The notes under the pieces are model-generated. The model had not been told where the DNA came from. It saw only the letters and a list, made by a program, of their open reading frames with translations, and searched no databases. This document shows positions 55,701 to 63,317 of a stretch of 64,000 nt of DNA, piece after piece. How positions within the stretch are numbered: position 1 is the stretch's first letter; each line of letters begins with the position of its first letter. Both the position numbers and the translations under genes were made by a program. The DNA comes from Bdellovibrionaceae bacterium UBA2316 (GTDB taxonomy: Bacteria; Bdellovibrionota; Bdellovibrionia; Bdellovibrionales; Bdellovibrionaceae): NCBI GenBank assembly GCA_002345205.1, contig DDVI01000089.1:11008-75007 (forward strand), given 5' to 3'.

Positions 55701-55876
55701 CAGTAGCCGCGGCTATGCCCCTGGTCCTAGGGAATGCGATGGGTTCTGAGACGCGCTTACCAATGGGTTTAACCATTATAGGCGGAAGCATTATTTCAAC
55801 GATATTTACATTATTTGTAGTTCCGGCTCTATATTTGATGATGAGCCGTTTAGAAAAAGCCAAGCCACTTCATTAA
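52775..55876 (+). CDS. RND-family efflux transporter, inner-membrane subunit (AcrB/HAE-like)
   Basis: It is about 1030 aa with the typical N-terminus (MNLIDISIKRPVFAWILMSALIIFG), 12-TM topology and two large periplasmic loops. The track start is TTG 52739. Confidence 0.9.
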   Translation: MNLIDISIKRPVFAWILMSALIIFGAVGLNRMGVSQLPDVDFPILNISVSYEGAAPELIETEILDPIEQRLLNVEGINEMKSSARQGTGSVRLEFDINRNIDVALQEVQSNLSQLVLPKEIDPPVIRKSNPEEDPIMILGIYSEDSKLNMIKWIDNYFLDQIQFIPKIGEVSIAGFSTRNLRVWVDPVKLRKHDLTIIDVLEAISTQHIESAAGQYVHMSQELRVKWQGELLNVEEFGNIRILRRGGQMVQPQTALKIKDVAKVEEGLSDVRRLARIKGKDAIFVSVKKQRGTNEVTLAETVRKKIEAMKPNFPEGYTAQVNIDFTLPTKATVNSTLEKLVFAGAITIIICFLFLGSIQYALNILFSIPTSILGAFIILYFSKMTLNLFTLLALTLAISIVVDDAIMLLENIVRHFRMGKSPEVASSEGSKEILPSAVAASLSVIAIFLPVIFMDGIWGKFFYQFGVTMSAAILLSLLEAVTITPMRAAAFLSSDSKPSKFEHYVDRVSERAAHGYQKILVLCLKFPKTVVVVSLLIFIISLKLIPSVKKELLPPQDQNIILLTAMTTPGSSLDSTYRKSLEIEDVVSKREEIAGYIVSVGLGGMSPTVNNITIPMYLKPKEQRKLSHLKIMDELREKFKSIKGVRIQMRDISSRGITSGRSFPVAFNLRGPDLMVLKEKADVIMKKLTEFQLAQDLDTDFKLGLPELKIAPKSQGELYNMGLTKETISRTLAASVGGVRQGRYTADGKRYDIRVKIPEAIINSEDEIGSLGVRNIFGNILSLSSAVNMEKIGSMQTITRINRQRTVSVFGSLLPGASQSDILKKAQEIAEKELPDGYSFALEGAASGLNEAFSTLTSALFIGILVAYMILAIQFNSFIHPVVILIALPFSITGAFLALWMAGVSLNLFSFIGIIVLMGIAKKNSILLVEFTNQMRDRFGSKANYNNSKDRELVKKSLLEACPIRLRPILMTSVATVAAAMPLVLGNAMGSETRLPMGLTIIGGSIISTIFTLFVVPALYLMMSRLEKAKPLH

Positions 55877-55895
55877 GTGCTTGGCTTTTATTTCA
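55856..55895. terminator. Hairpin terminator overlapping the RND stop codon, between convergent genes
   Basis: AAAGCCAAGCCAC (55856-55868) pairs with GTGCTTGGCTTT (55877-55888) with a 1-nt bulge. The loop TTCATTAA contains the TAA stop. TATTTC follows. Confidence 0.5.
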
Positions 55896-55900
55896 GAAAT

Positions 55901-57559
55901 TTATCCTAACTCAACGATACGATTAAATACTAAAGCACCTGGTTTTGAATCGGCGCTATCTAAGCAAAAGTAACCCGTTCTTTCGAACTGGTACTTTTTG
56001 GCAACGTCAGCATCCTTTAAACTCTGTTCCAATTTAGCCGTTTTAATAACTGTCAAAGAATCAGGATTTAAGTTGATCTTAAAATCTTTTCCTTCTGGAA
56101 CGTTCTCTGGATCTGGGACTTTAAACAGACGGCCATACAAGCGAATTTCGGCATCTACGCTGTGTCGTGCTGACACCCAATGAATGATACCTTTGATTTT
56201 TTTACCCTCTGTCGTTGGTTTACCGCCTAAAGTTACCGGATCGTAAGTGCATTTCAATTCCGTGACTTTTCCAGAGGCGTCTTTAATCACCTCTTCACAC
56301 TTAATGACATAGGCATTTCTTAAACGCACTTGTTGCCCTGGTGCCATACGGAAAAAATCTGCATCTGGTTTTTCCATAAAGTCAGAACGGTCGATATAAA
56401 CTTCGTTAGAGAAGTACACCTTACGTTTTCCGTACGCTTCATTTTTTGGATGACTCGATACCATTAGCTCTTCAGTTTTATCTGCCGGGTAATTAGTGAT
56501 CGTCACTTTAATCGGGTCAAGTACAACCATGGCCCGGTAAGCCACTTTATCTAAATCATCTCGTACACAGTCCTCTAGAATCTCAACATCAATTAAGCTC
56601 TCGGCCTTAGCGACGCCGATACGTTTAGCAAAGTTTCGCATAGCTTCGGCCGTATACCCTCGACGACGAATTCCCGAGATTGTTGGCATACGTGGATCGT
56701 CCCAGCCGCTGACTAGTTTTTCTTTCACTAGTTGAAGCAGCTTACGTTTACTCATTACTAAGTAAGTCATATTTAGACGTGCGAATTCGTACTGACGAGG
56801 CTTTGCTGGCACAGGAACATTATCAATACACCAATCATAAAACGGTCGGTGATCTTGGAACTCTAACGTACATATTGAATGCGTGATTTTTTCGATCGCA
56901 TCACTTAGAGGATGAGCATAGTCATACATTGGGTAGATATTCCATTTGTTACCTGTATTATGGTGGTGTACCTTTTTAATTCGGTACAACAATGGATCCC
57001 GCATATTCATGTTCGGCGATTGCATATCGATTTTTGCACGCAACGTATGCGTACCGTCCGCAAACTCACCGTTCTTCATTCTTTCGAATAAATCCAAATT
57101 TTCGGCAATGGAACGATTTCTAAAGGGCGAATCTTTTCCTGGGCGATTAAAATCACCGCGTGATTCTTTAACTTGCTCTTCCGTTTGGCTATCGACGTAG
57201 GCTTTGTTTTCTTTGATTAAGTATACAGCCCAGTCGTATAACTGCTGAAAGTAATCAGACGCGTAGAATAAGTTTTCATTCCAATCAAAACCTAACCATT
57301 TAACGTCCGCTTTGATGGATTCTACGTACTCAACATCTTCCGTGACGGGGTTAGTATCGTCAAAACGTAAATGGCATCGGCCGTTATAATCTTTAGCTAA
57401 ACCGAAATTTAAACAAATCGACTTCGCATGACCAATATGAAGATATCCATTTGGCTCGGGAGGAAAACGAGTCACGACCTGCCCACCATGAGTGTTATTT
57501 TTAATATCTTTTTCTACTATTTGTTTTAAAAAATTTTGTGCTTCTATTTTTTGTTCCAT
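55901..57559 (-). CDS. glnS: Glutaminyl-tRNA synthetase
   Basis: 552 aa with the HIGH motif (PNGYLHIGHAKS) and a KMSKS-like VMSKR, colinear with GlnRS. Confidence 0.95.
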   Translation of the reverse strand: MEQKIEAQNFLKQIVEKDIKNNTHGGQVVTRFPPEPNGYLHIGHAKSICLNFGLAKDYNGRCHLRFDDTNPVTEDVEYVESIKADVKWLGFDWNENLFYASDYFQQLYDWAVYLIKENKAYVDSQTEEQVKESRGDFNRPGKDSPFRNRSIAENLDLFERMKNGEFADGTHTLRAKIDMQSPNMNMRDPLLYRIKKVHHHNTGNKWNIYPMYDYAHPLSDAIEKITHSICTLEFQDHRPFYDWCIDNVPVPAKPRQYEFARLNMTYLVMSKRKLLQLVKEKLVSGWDDPRMPTISGIRRRGYTAEAMRNFAKRIGVAKAESLIDVEILEDCVRDDLDKVAYRAMVVLDPIKVTITNYPADKTEELMVSSHPKNEAYGKRKVYFSNEVYIDRSDFMEKPDADFFRMAPGQQVRLRNAYVIKCEEVIKDASGKVTELKCTYDPVTLGGKPTTEGKKIKGIIHWVSARHSVDAEIRLYGRLFKVPDPENVPEGKDFKINLNPDSLTVIKTAKLEQSLKDADVAKKYQFERTGYFCLDSADSKPGALVFNRIVELG

Positions 57560-57616
57560 ATAAATCCTACTAAGTGCTTAACAAGTTTAACTTTTTATGT
57601 AATTAAACTCAACTAA

Positions 57617-58270
57617 ATGATTCAAACGCTTTTGCAACACTCTGATTTTACCATCGTCACTAAACCGGAAGGCATCAGCTGCCACAATGAAGACACTTCG
57701 TTACTACAGCTAATGGGAAAAGGTTGGCATTTAGTAAACCGTATTGATCGTGAAACCAGCGGCCTAGTCGTAATTACGCAGAAGCCAGAACTACAGAATG
57801 ATATTCAGATCGCATTAACTCAAGGTAAAAAGTTTTATGCCGCTGTCCTGAGGGGTAATATGCCACAAGAGACTGGCCCGTCGTCTGGCATGTGGCACGA
57901 ATGGTTTTTTCCTATTTCTGACCATGGAGAAGGACGCGACAACCCACAAGGACGCCTAGAAGACCAAAAGGAATCAAGAACTCTTTATCGCGTGATTCAA
58001 AGCAATGCTTATTTTTCGCTGGTTACCTGCCATATCTTAACAGGGCGCCAACACCAAATCCGTAAACATAGTCGATTGGCAGGCCGACCAGTGGTTGGAG
58101 ACACCCGCTATGGCAATGTCAAAGATATCGAGCGCATCGCTAAAATATACAATTTTCATCGAATGGCACTTCATTCCTGGCAGTTAGAATTTCTATGGAA
58201 AGGTGACACGATCAAATGTGAATCACCGATGCCAGAATCATTTCTAAAATTATTTGAATCAGCTAAGTAG
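57617..58270 (+). CDS. RluA-family pseudouridine synthase
   Basis: It has the catalytic motif NRIDRETSGLVV (the RLD..TSG equivalent) and GRQHQIRKH. Confidence 0.8.
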   Translation: MIQTLLQHSDFTIVTKPEGISCHNEDTSLLQLMGKGWHLVNRIDRETSGLVVITQKPELQNDIQIALTQGKKFYAAVLRGNMPQETGPSSGMWHEWFFPISDHGEGRDNPQGRLEDQKESRTLYRVIQSNAYFSLVTCHILTGRQHQIRKHSRLAGRPVVGDTRYGNVKDIERIAKIYNFHRMALHSWQLEFLWKGDTIKCESPMPESFLKLFESAK

Positions 58271-58906
58271 CTATAAAGGCGCTACGGGTGTCTGTGAACC
58301 CATCGCTGCTTTAGATGGTTCAGCATTTATGTCCATCTTTGTATACTCAATACGAGTGCGTTTTTTGCTTAAGTGATTTTCTGAAGTAATCACTTTTGCA
58401 CGCCACACTTTATCCTTAAATTTTATATAATCTAGATACTCTATCGTCGAAATCTTTTTACTGCCGCTATAGTAGGTCACCTTCACTGGGTAAAAATTCT
58501 TTTTGTCATAATAAACCAAGAAATGACTCAAGCTATTGTTGTGATTTTTTACCGCTGTGTAAGTGATGTGATATTTTTTATCGATTCCAAATGGAGTCGG
58601 AAATTCTGTATTGAAAAAAGAGTAGGCAAATATGTCCGCCCCTAAACCCATTTTTTGAAATTCCACGATTTCCACAGGCTTGTCCCCAGCCATATCTTGG
58701 AAACGTAGAGTTTCCGGGTTCAAATCACTCACCGAATACTTGAAAAGGTGAACTTTATCCGAGTCAGAATGGGTGATTTTAATCTCTGCAACTTCAGTCT
58801 TGGTCCTTAATGCATTAAGAACTTTTGAACGTAGTTCCGTGTTGGTTTGGGCTTTCGCTTCCAAAAACATAAGGTTAAACAGGAATAAAATCTTCTTCAT
58901 CAGCAT
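58271..58906 (-). CDS. Secreted protein, possibly LolA-fold outer-membrane lipoprotein-sorting-like
   Basis: It has a signal peptide (…FLEAKAQT). Its size and beta-rich pattern resemble LolA-like 'outer membrane lipoprotein-sorting' proteins. The call is tentative. Confidence 0.4.
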   Translation of the reverse strand: MLMKKILFLFNLMFLEAKAQTNTELRSKVLNALRTKTEVAEIKITHSDSDKVHLFKYSVSDLNPETLRFQDMAGDKPVEIVEFQKMGLGADIFAYSFFNTEFPTPFGIDKKYHITYTAVKNHNNSLSHFLVYYDKKNFYPVKVTYYSGSKKISTIEYLDYIKFKDKVWRAKVITSENHLSKKRTRIEYTKMDINAEPSKAAMGSQTPVAPL

Positions 58907-59126
58907 GCTTGGTTCCTTGTGACAACTCTGTTAAGACCTTTGTCGGTCAGTTTAAGGTCCTGCTTAACGGAAAAATCAGGTTTTTTAGCTAGACCAAAGC
59001 CCGTATGGGGACAACGCTATGTCGCATCTTTTGACAGTCGTGAATGGCTTTCGTGGAAAAAAAAACGACATCGCGCCAGTGCCTAATATATGAAATAAAC
59101 AACGGTTTAAACCACTAGGAGTTCAA

Positions 59127-61058
59127 ATGCGTATTTTAAAAATCGCTCCCTTTTTAACTTTGCTTTACTCTGCAACTACAATGGCCCAAGTTAGTCTTGA
59201 TGCCAGTCGAGGAACTCTTTATATAGAAGCGTCCGGGCACAATGGCTCTGATGGAAGAGATGGATCAAATTCGTATTATTCACGAGGCTCTTCCGGCGAG
59301 GATGGCAGCAGAGGCTCCGATGGTGGCGACGTTACTCTATCCATGAACTATACTAATGGTTCAAAAACTGCGATTGAAGTTCAAATACAAATTCCTAATA
59401 AAGGTGTAAATTATAAAAATGAATTCAGCCTTCAGCAGCTTAAGAATATCATGATTAGCGCTCGTGGCGGCAATGGCGGTGACGGCGGCGATGGCGGGAA
59501 TGGTGGCGATGGAAGTGATGGTAGAGACGGTTCAGATGGCTGCCTTCCTTCAAGTGGCTCAAACGGCAGCGACGGAGATAACGGTGGTGCCGGAGGTGAT
59601 GGCGGCAGTGGCGGTCGTGGTGGACAAATTAAAATTTATATTCCTGAATTTCAATCTGAACTCTTGATGTTGATTAAAGGCATGGACAATTCTCCTGGTC
59701 GCGGCGGAGATGCCGGCAATGGTGGTCGCGGTGGTGATGGCGGCGATGGCGGTGATGGTGGCCGCAACACCTGTGAACAAGGCGGAACGGATGGCTGGGA
59801 TGGCAGCGATGGGTCCGATGGACGAAATGGCAGCAGTGGATCCAGCGGAAGTACTGGTCTAAGTGGAACCCATGCGTTTATTTTATCAGGTAATAGTTAT
59901 ACTGAAAAATATCGTTTAGAAATTAAGAACCTTGAATACGAAGATGAAAACCTAGACGGACTCATCGAGTATGGCGAAAAAATCACTATTAGAAGATTAA
60001 CGTTAACCAATACATCGTCGATGCCGTCTCCTAAAGATATTCAGCTAAACGGCTTAGATGGCGTAGCCGGCGAATTTAGTTGGATTAATTCTGATGAAAT
60101 AGGTCCCATTAAATCGTTAGCTAAAAACGAAAGCATCGTTGTTCAAATCCCTTCTGGTGCGATGGAGTTACAGACGATGGATATGAAAAAATTTGAAGAT
60201 ACTCAAACTCGAATACCACTTGGTTTTTCTAAGGCCGCACTCATCGGAATATTCGATCAGCTACCAACGGCAACCATTAAACGTTTAGGTACCCTAGCTA
60301 TCACCAGATCTCAGGAAAAACTCTTCTGGGGGCAATCTCGTGATATCGAATTAACCATAATAAATCAATCCGCTCTCCCGATGGGAAAAGGTACTTCACG
60401 TAACGTTTGGCTAAAAGCGACGTTAAAATCAAAATTGGTCACTATAAAAGATATTAAATTGGCTTATGGCCAATCGGTTTTCAATTTTAATGAAAATGGT
60501 GAAGGCATTGTTGAGCTAGAAACACTAAATAAAGGGCCTAACTCTGTAAAATTGAAATTTACAATCGGTAATCGCTCTGAAATGTTTGCCGACGCAAATT
60601 TCGAGTTTAGTTTAGTTCGCTCAGCAGTACGTCCTACAAATCATGAATTTAGAGACGTTGTCGATGTTAAGTCTACAAAAGTTTCTTTTGCTAAGGACTT
60701 AATTGCCGAAGCACATACATTTATTCTACCTCTGAAAGAAAAGACCTATTGCACCTTCGGGCCAAAAAACAGTAAGCGTCGATTAAAGCAGATTTCTATT
60801 ACAAAACAGGCAAATACATCGACTGTTGAATTTGGCTTAACGCTGTCTCAACTTGTATTCTTTAAGAAACAGCTTCCAAAGGTCTATAACGGCCGTCATG
60901 AACTCGCTGTGTACTTAGAGGATTTAAAAGCTAAAACATTGACTGGTCCAAAACTCGTTTCATTTCTAAATGACTACGTAAAGCCAGGAACGATAACCAC
61001 AATGTCTTCAACTAAGCCAGAATGGGTTATTAACAATTGCTTTCAAAAGACTAAATAA
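59127..61058 (+). CDS. Secreted protein with four Gly-X-Y/Asp-rich low-complexity blocks and a roughly 400-aa C-terminal globular region
   Basis: It has a signal peptide (…ATTMAQV) and an AGGAG Shine-Dalgarno. Example blocks are GGNGGDGGDGGNGGDGSDGRDGSDG and GRGGDAGNGGRGGDGGDGGDGG. Confidence 0.7.
   Translation: MRILKIAPFLTLLYSATTMAQVSLDASRGTLYIEASGHNGSDGRDGSNSYYSRGSSGEDGSRGSDGGDVTLSMNYTNGSKTAIEVQIQIPNKGVNYKNEFSLQQLKNIMISARGGNGGDGGDGGNGGDGSDGRDGSDGCLPSSGSNGSDGDNGGAGGDGGSGGRGGQIKIYIPEFQSELLMLIKGMDNSPGRGGDAGNGGRGGDGGDGGDGGRNTCEQGGTDGWDGSDGSDGRNGSSGSSGSTGLSGTHAFILSGNSYTEKYRLEIKNLEYEDENLDGLIEYGEKITIRRLTLTNTSSMPSPKDIQLNGLDGVAGEFSWINSDEIGPIKSLAKNESIVVQIPSGAMELQTMDMKKFEDTQTRIPLGFSKAALIGIFDQLPTATIKRLGTLAITRSQEKLFWGQSRDIELTIINQSALPMGKGTSRNVWLKATLKSKLVTIKDIKLAYGQSVFNFNENGEGIVELETLNKGPNSVKLKFTIGNRSEMFADANFEFSLVRSAVRPTNHEFRDVVDVKSTKVSFAKDLIAEAHTFILPLKEKTYCTFGPKNSKRRLKQISITKQANTSTVEFGLTLSQLVFFKKQLPKVYNGRHELAVYLEDLKAKTLTGPKLVSFLNDYVKPGTITTMSSTKPEWVINNCFQKTK
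59238..59861 (+). repeat. Intragenic Gly-every-third-residue (G-G/S/R-D/N) triplet repeat blocks
   Basis: Four blocks lie at roughly aa 38-68, 113-166, 190-213 and 219-245. They generate the spurious overlapping ORFs 59464..59667(+) and 59559..59780(-). Confidence 0.7.
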
Positions 61059-61072
61059 GTTATAAAAAAGCG

Positions 61073-62176
61073 GTGTCTGGATCTGCATTTACCTCTATCC
61101 GCTTTATTTCTTCTGGCGATGAATATTACGACCTGATCATTGATGAAATCAATCAAGCTCAGGTCGAAATTCAAATCGAAAGCTATATCTTTGATTTTGA
61201 CTCCATAGGAAAACGAATTTTGCTGGCGCTTGCAGAAGCACGTCAGCGCAACGTCGGCGTTCGCTTAATGGTGGACGGTATCGGATCTTTGACGTCGATT
61301 TCTCAGATACGTGACTACTGTAAAGCACATGAAATTGAATTTCGCGTTTATCGAGCCATCCCTTACATCGGATCTATATTCAAACATTTCACACGATTTC
61401 TAAAAGCTACCAACCGTAGGAATCACCGAAAAATCGTTGTCATAGACAAATCCAAAGCATTTGTGGCGAGTTTCAACATTTCGCGCGTACATTCAGAAAA
61501 AGAAAGCGGACAAGCTGCTTGGAAAGATTTGGCCGTTTTAGTTCAAGGCCCAGAAGTTAAAAAGATCTCGAGCCTAACAGACGCCTATTGGTTGCGATTT
61601 CCATTTTCAGTAATGAATAGCCATAAGCGAATTACATTCCTTCGCGTTCGCTCAACGCATTCAATGGCATCTCGCCGTCTAGCTAAAAAGCAATTGATTG
61701 AACGTATAAAAACTTCGCAGGAACAAGTCAGAATCTTAACTCCCTATTTTGTACCATCCAGAAAAGTCATTCGGGCACTCATTATGGCTGCAAAAAAGCA
61801 CCGCCAAGTGGAAATTATTGTCCCCAACCGGAGTGATTTTTTCGTAGTAGATTTAGCGGGACGTTATGTAGTACGTAAATTGCTTAAATACAAAATTAAT
61901 GTCTACCAATACCAACCCAGCTTTATGCATGCAAAGTCCGTTATCGTAGATGATTGGGCCACCCTAGGAAGCCATAATTTAAATCATCGCAGTCTTATTC
62001 ATGATTTAGAAATGGATATTACATTAGAAGGCGAATATGAATTAAAACCACTTGAAAACTATTGGGACCAGTTAAAGTCAAAATCGCTTTTAATATCGAA
62101 AGAAGAATTAGACAAAGATTCCTTTTTCATTCGGTTATTGTGCCGTTTCTCTTTTTGGTTTAAAAATTGGTTATGA
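61073..62176 (+). CDS. clsB: Phospholipase D-family protein, cardiolipin synthase ClsB-like (two HKD motifs, no TM anchor)
   Basis: The first HKD motif is HRKIVVIDKSKAFVASFNIS. The second is HAKSVIVDDWATLGSHNLNHRS. Confidence 0.85.
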   Translation: MSGSAFTSIRFISSGDEYYDLIIDEINQAQVEIQIESYIFDFDSIGKRILLALAEARQRNVGVRLMVDGIGSLTSISQIRDYCKAHEIEFRVYRAIPYIGSIFKHFTRFLKATNRRNHRKIVVIDKSKAFVASFNISRVHSEKESGQAAWKDLAVLVQGPEVKKISSLTDAYWLRFPFSVMNSHKRITFLRVRSTHSMASRRLAKKQLIERIKTSQEQVRILTPYFVPSRKVIRALIMAAKKHRQVEIIVPNRSDFFVVDLAGRYVVRKLLKYKINVYQYQPSFMHAKSVIVDDWATLGSHNLNHRSLIHDLEMDITLEGEYELKPLENYWDQLKSKSLLISKEELDKDSFFIRLLCRFSFWFKNWL

Positions 62177-62913
62177 AGTATAAGTTTCTTACTTTTAATA
62201 TTCATAAAGCCCGGTCGACGTTCCTTTTAAATAATACTTTAATCAAAATTAAAGAAGCCACAAATTCACTACCTGTCGACTTTATGTTTATCCAAGAACT
62301 AGTCGGGAGTGGTGTCGATTTTATTCCCAAAGAATTGAGTACTAAGATCTCCTCACAAATAGAGTTACTTGCAGATTCAATTTGGACGGATCACTGTTAT
62401 GGCAAAAATGCCGTCTTTAAAAACAGGCACCATGGCAATGCAATTTTAAGCCGTTTCCCTATTGCAAAATGGGAAAACGAAAATATCTCTACCAATAAAT
62501 GGGAACAGCGTGGCCTTTTGCACTGTGAAATACCACTCGATGACGGTCAAATATTGCACTTATTTAATGTACACCTAAACCTGCTACATGACGATCGCGT
62601 GAAACAAGTCGAACGCGTAATTGCTCGCTATGTAAAACTCATTCCACCCGATGCGCCATTTATTCTGGCCGGCGACTTTAATGATTGGGGTAAAGAGTTA
62701 TCTCATTATTTGGAATCAAAATTAAAACTGTTTGAGTGCCATAAACATCTGCATAAGCATTATGCTAAAACTTTTCCGAGTTTTTTTCCAATGCTCAGTT
62801 TAGACCGCATTTACGCGCGAAATATAAATCCAATTCTCGTAGAAACTTTGTCTAAAACACCTTGGAATTTACTCTCTGATCATCTACCGATGTATTTAGA
62901 ATTCGAAATCTAA
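62167..62913 (+). CDS. Endonuclease/exonuclease/phosphatase (EEP) family protein, YbhP-like
   Basis: EEP motifs are present (FMFIQEL, GDFNDW, SDHLPMYLEF). It overlaps clsB by 10 nt. This pairing is known from the E. coli ybhP-clsB operon. Confidence 0.8.
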   Translation: MVMKYKFLTFNIHKARSTFLLNNTLIKIKEATNSLPVDFMFIQELVGSGVDFIPKELSTKISSQIELLADSIWTDHCYGKNAVFKNRHHGNAILSRFPIAKWENENISTNKWEQRGLLHCEIPLDDGQILHLFNVHLNLLHDDRVKQVERVIARYVKLIPPDAPFILAGDFNDWGKELSHYLESKLKLFECHKHLHKHYAKTFPSFFPMLSLDRIYARNINPILVETLSKTPWNLLSDHLPMYLEFEI

Positions 62914-63317
62914 ATGTTTAATTGTAATAGACGTAAATCTTCGACGCGTTTTTTTGACAAGGACAATAGGCATTGCTTTATAAATTCAGATCTATTGTCT
63001 TCGTCACTGATTTGAATAGTTTCCATATCACAATAAGAAAGACGATATTTATTCCATATCTGAGCCGAGTTCGCCAATTTTGCTTTGAGGACCTTCGCTC
63101 GATTTGGTTCTTTTTTAGAATACTTAATATTAATTCTTGCAAAGATTCGATTCTGAATTCGTTCTCTTAGCTGTTCGATATCTTTGATTTCGTCATCCAT
63201 GCAAAGAATAAGACTTACCTGCTCCAGCGTCATTTCACACCGTGCTGAACTTGCGTCTACTCCCGCATGGGATTTAAATATAAAAAAAAGTAGTAACACT
63301 GCAATACTTAAACGCAT
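62910..63317 (-). CDS. Secreted DUF1311/LprI-like protein
   Basis: It has a signal peptide and a helical domain with conserved Cys positions (…CEMT…, …WNKYRLSYCDMET…), as in lysozyme-inhibitor LprI-type proteins. The call is tentative. Confidence 0.45.
   Translation of the reverse strand: MRLSIAVLLLFFIFKSHAGVDASSARCEMTLEQVSLILCMDDEIKDIEQLRERIQNRIFARINIKYSKKEPNRAKVLKAKLANSAQIWNKYRLSYCDMETIQISDEDNRSEFIKQCLLSLSKKRVEDLRLLQLNI

Noticed and set aside
59464-59780. Two ORFs (59464-59667 + and 59559-59780 -) rich in Ala/Thr/Val/Met.
   Set aside because: They are artefacts of the GGN/GAT triplet repeat in the Gly/Asp-rich gene, read in other frames.
59238-59861. Gly/Asp-rich repeats considered as RTX calcium-binding nonapeptides or true collagen.
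   Set aside because: The RTX consensus GGxGxDxUx needs a regular hydrophobic position that is absent here. Collagen-like bacterial repeats are normally Pro/Thr-rich in the X/Y positions, and these have no Pro.
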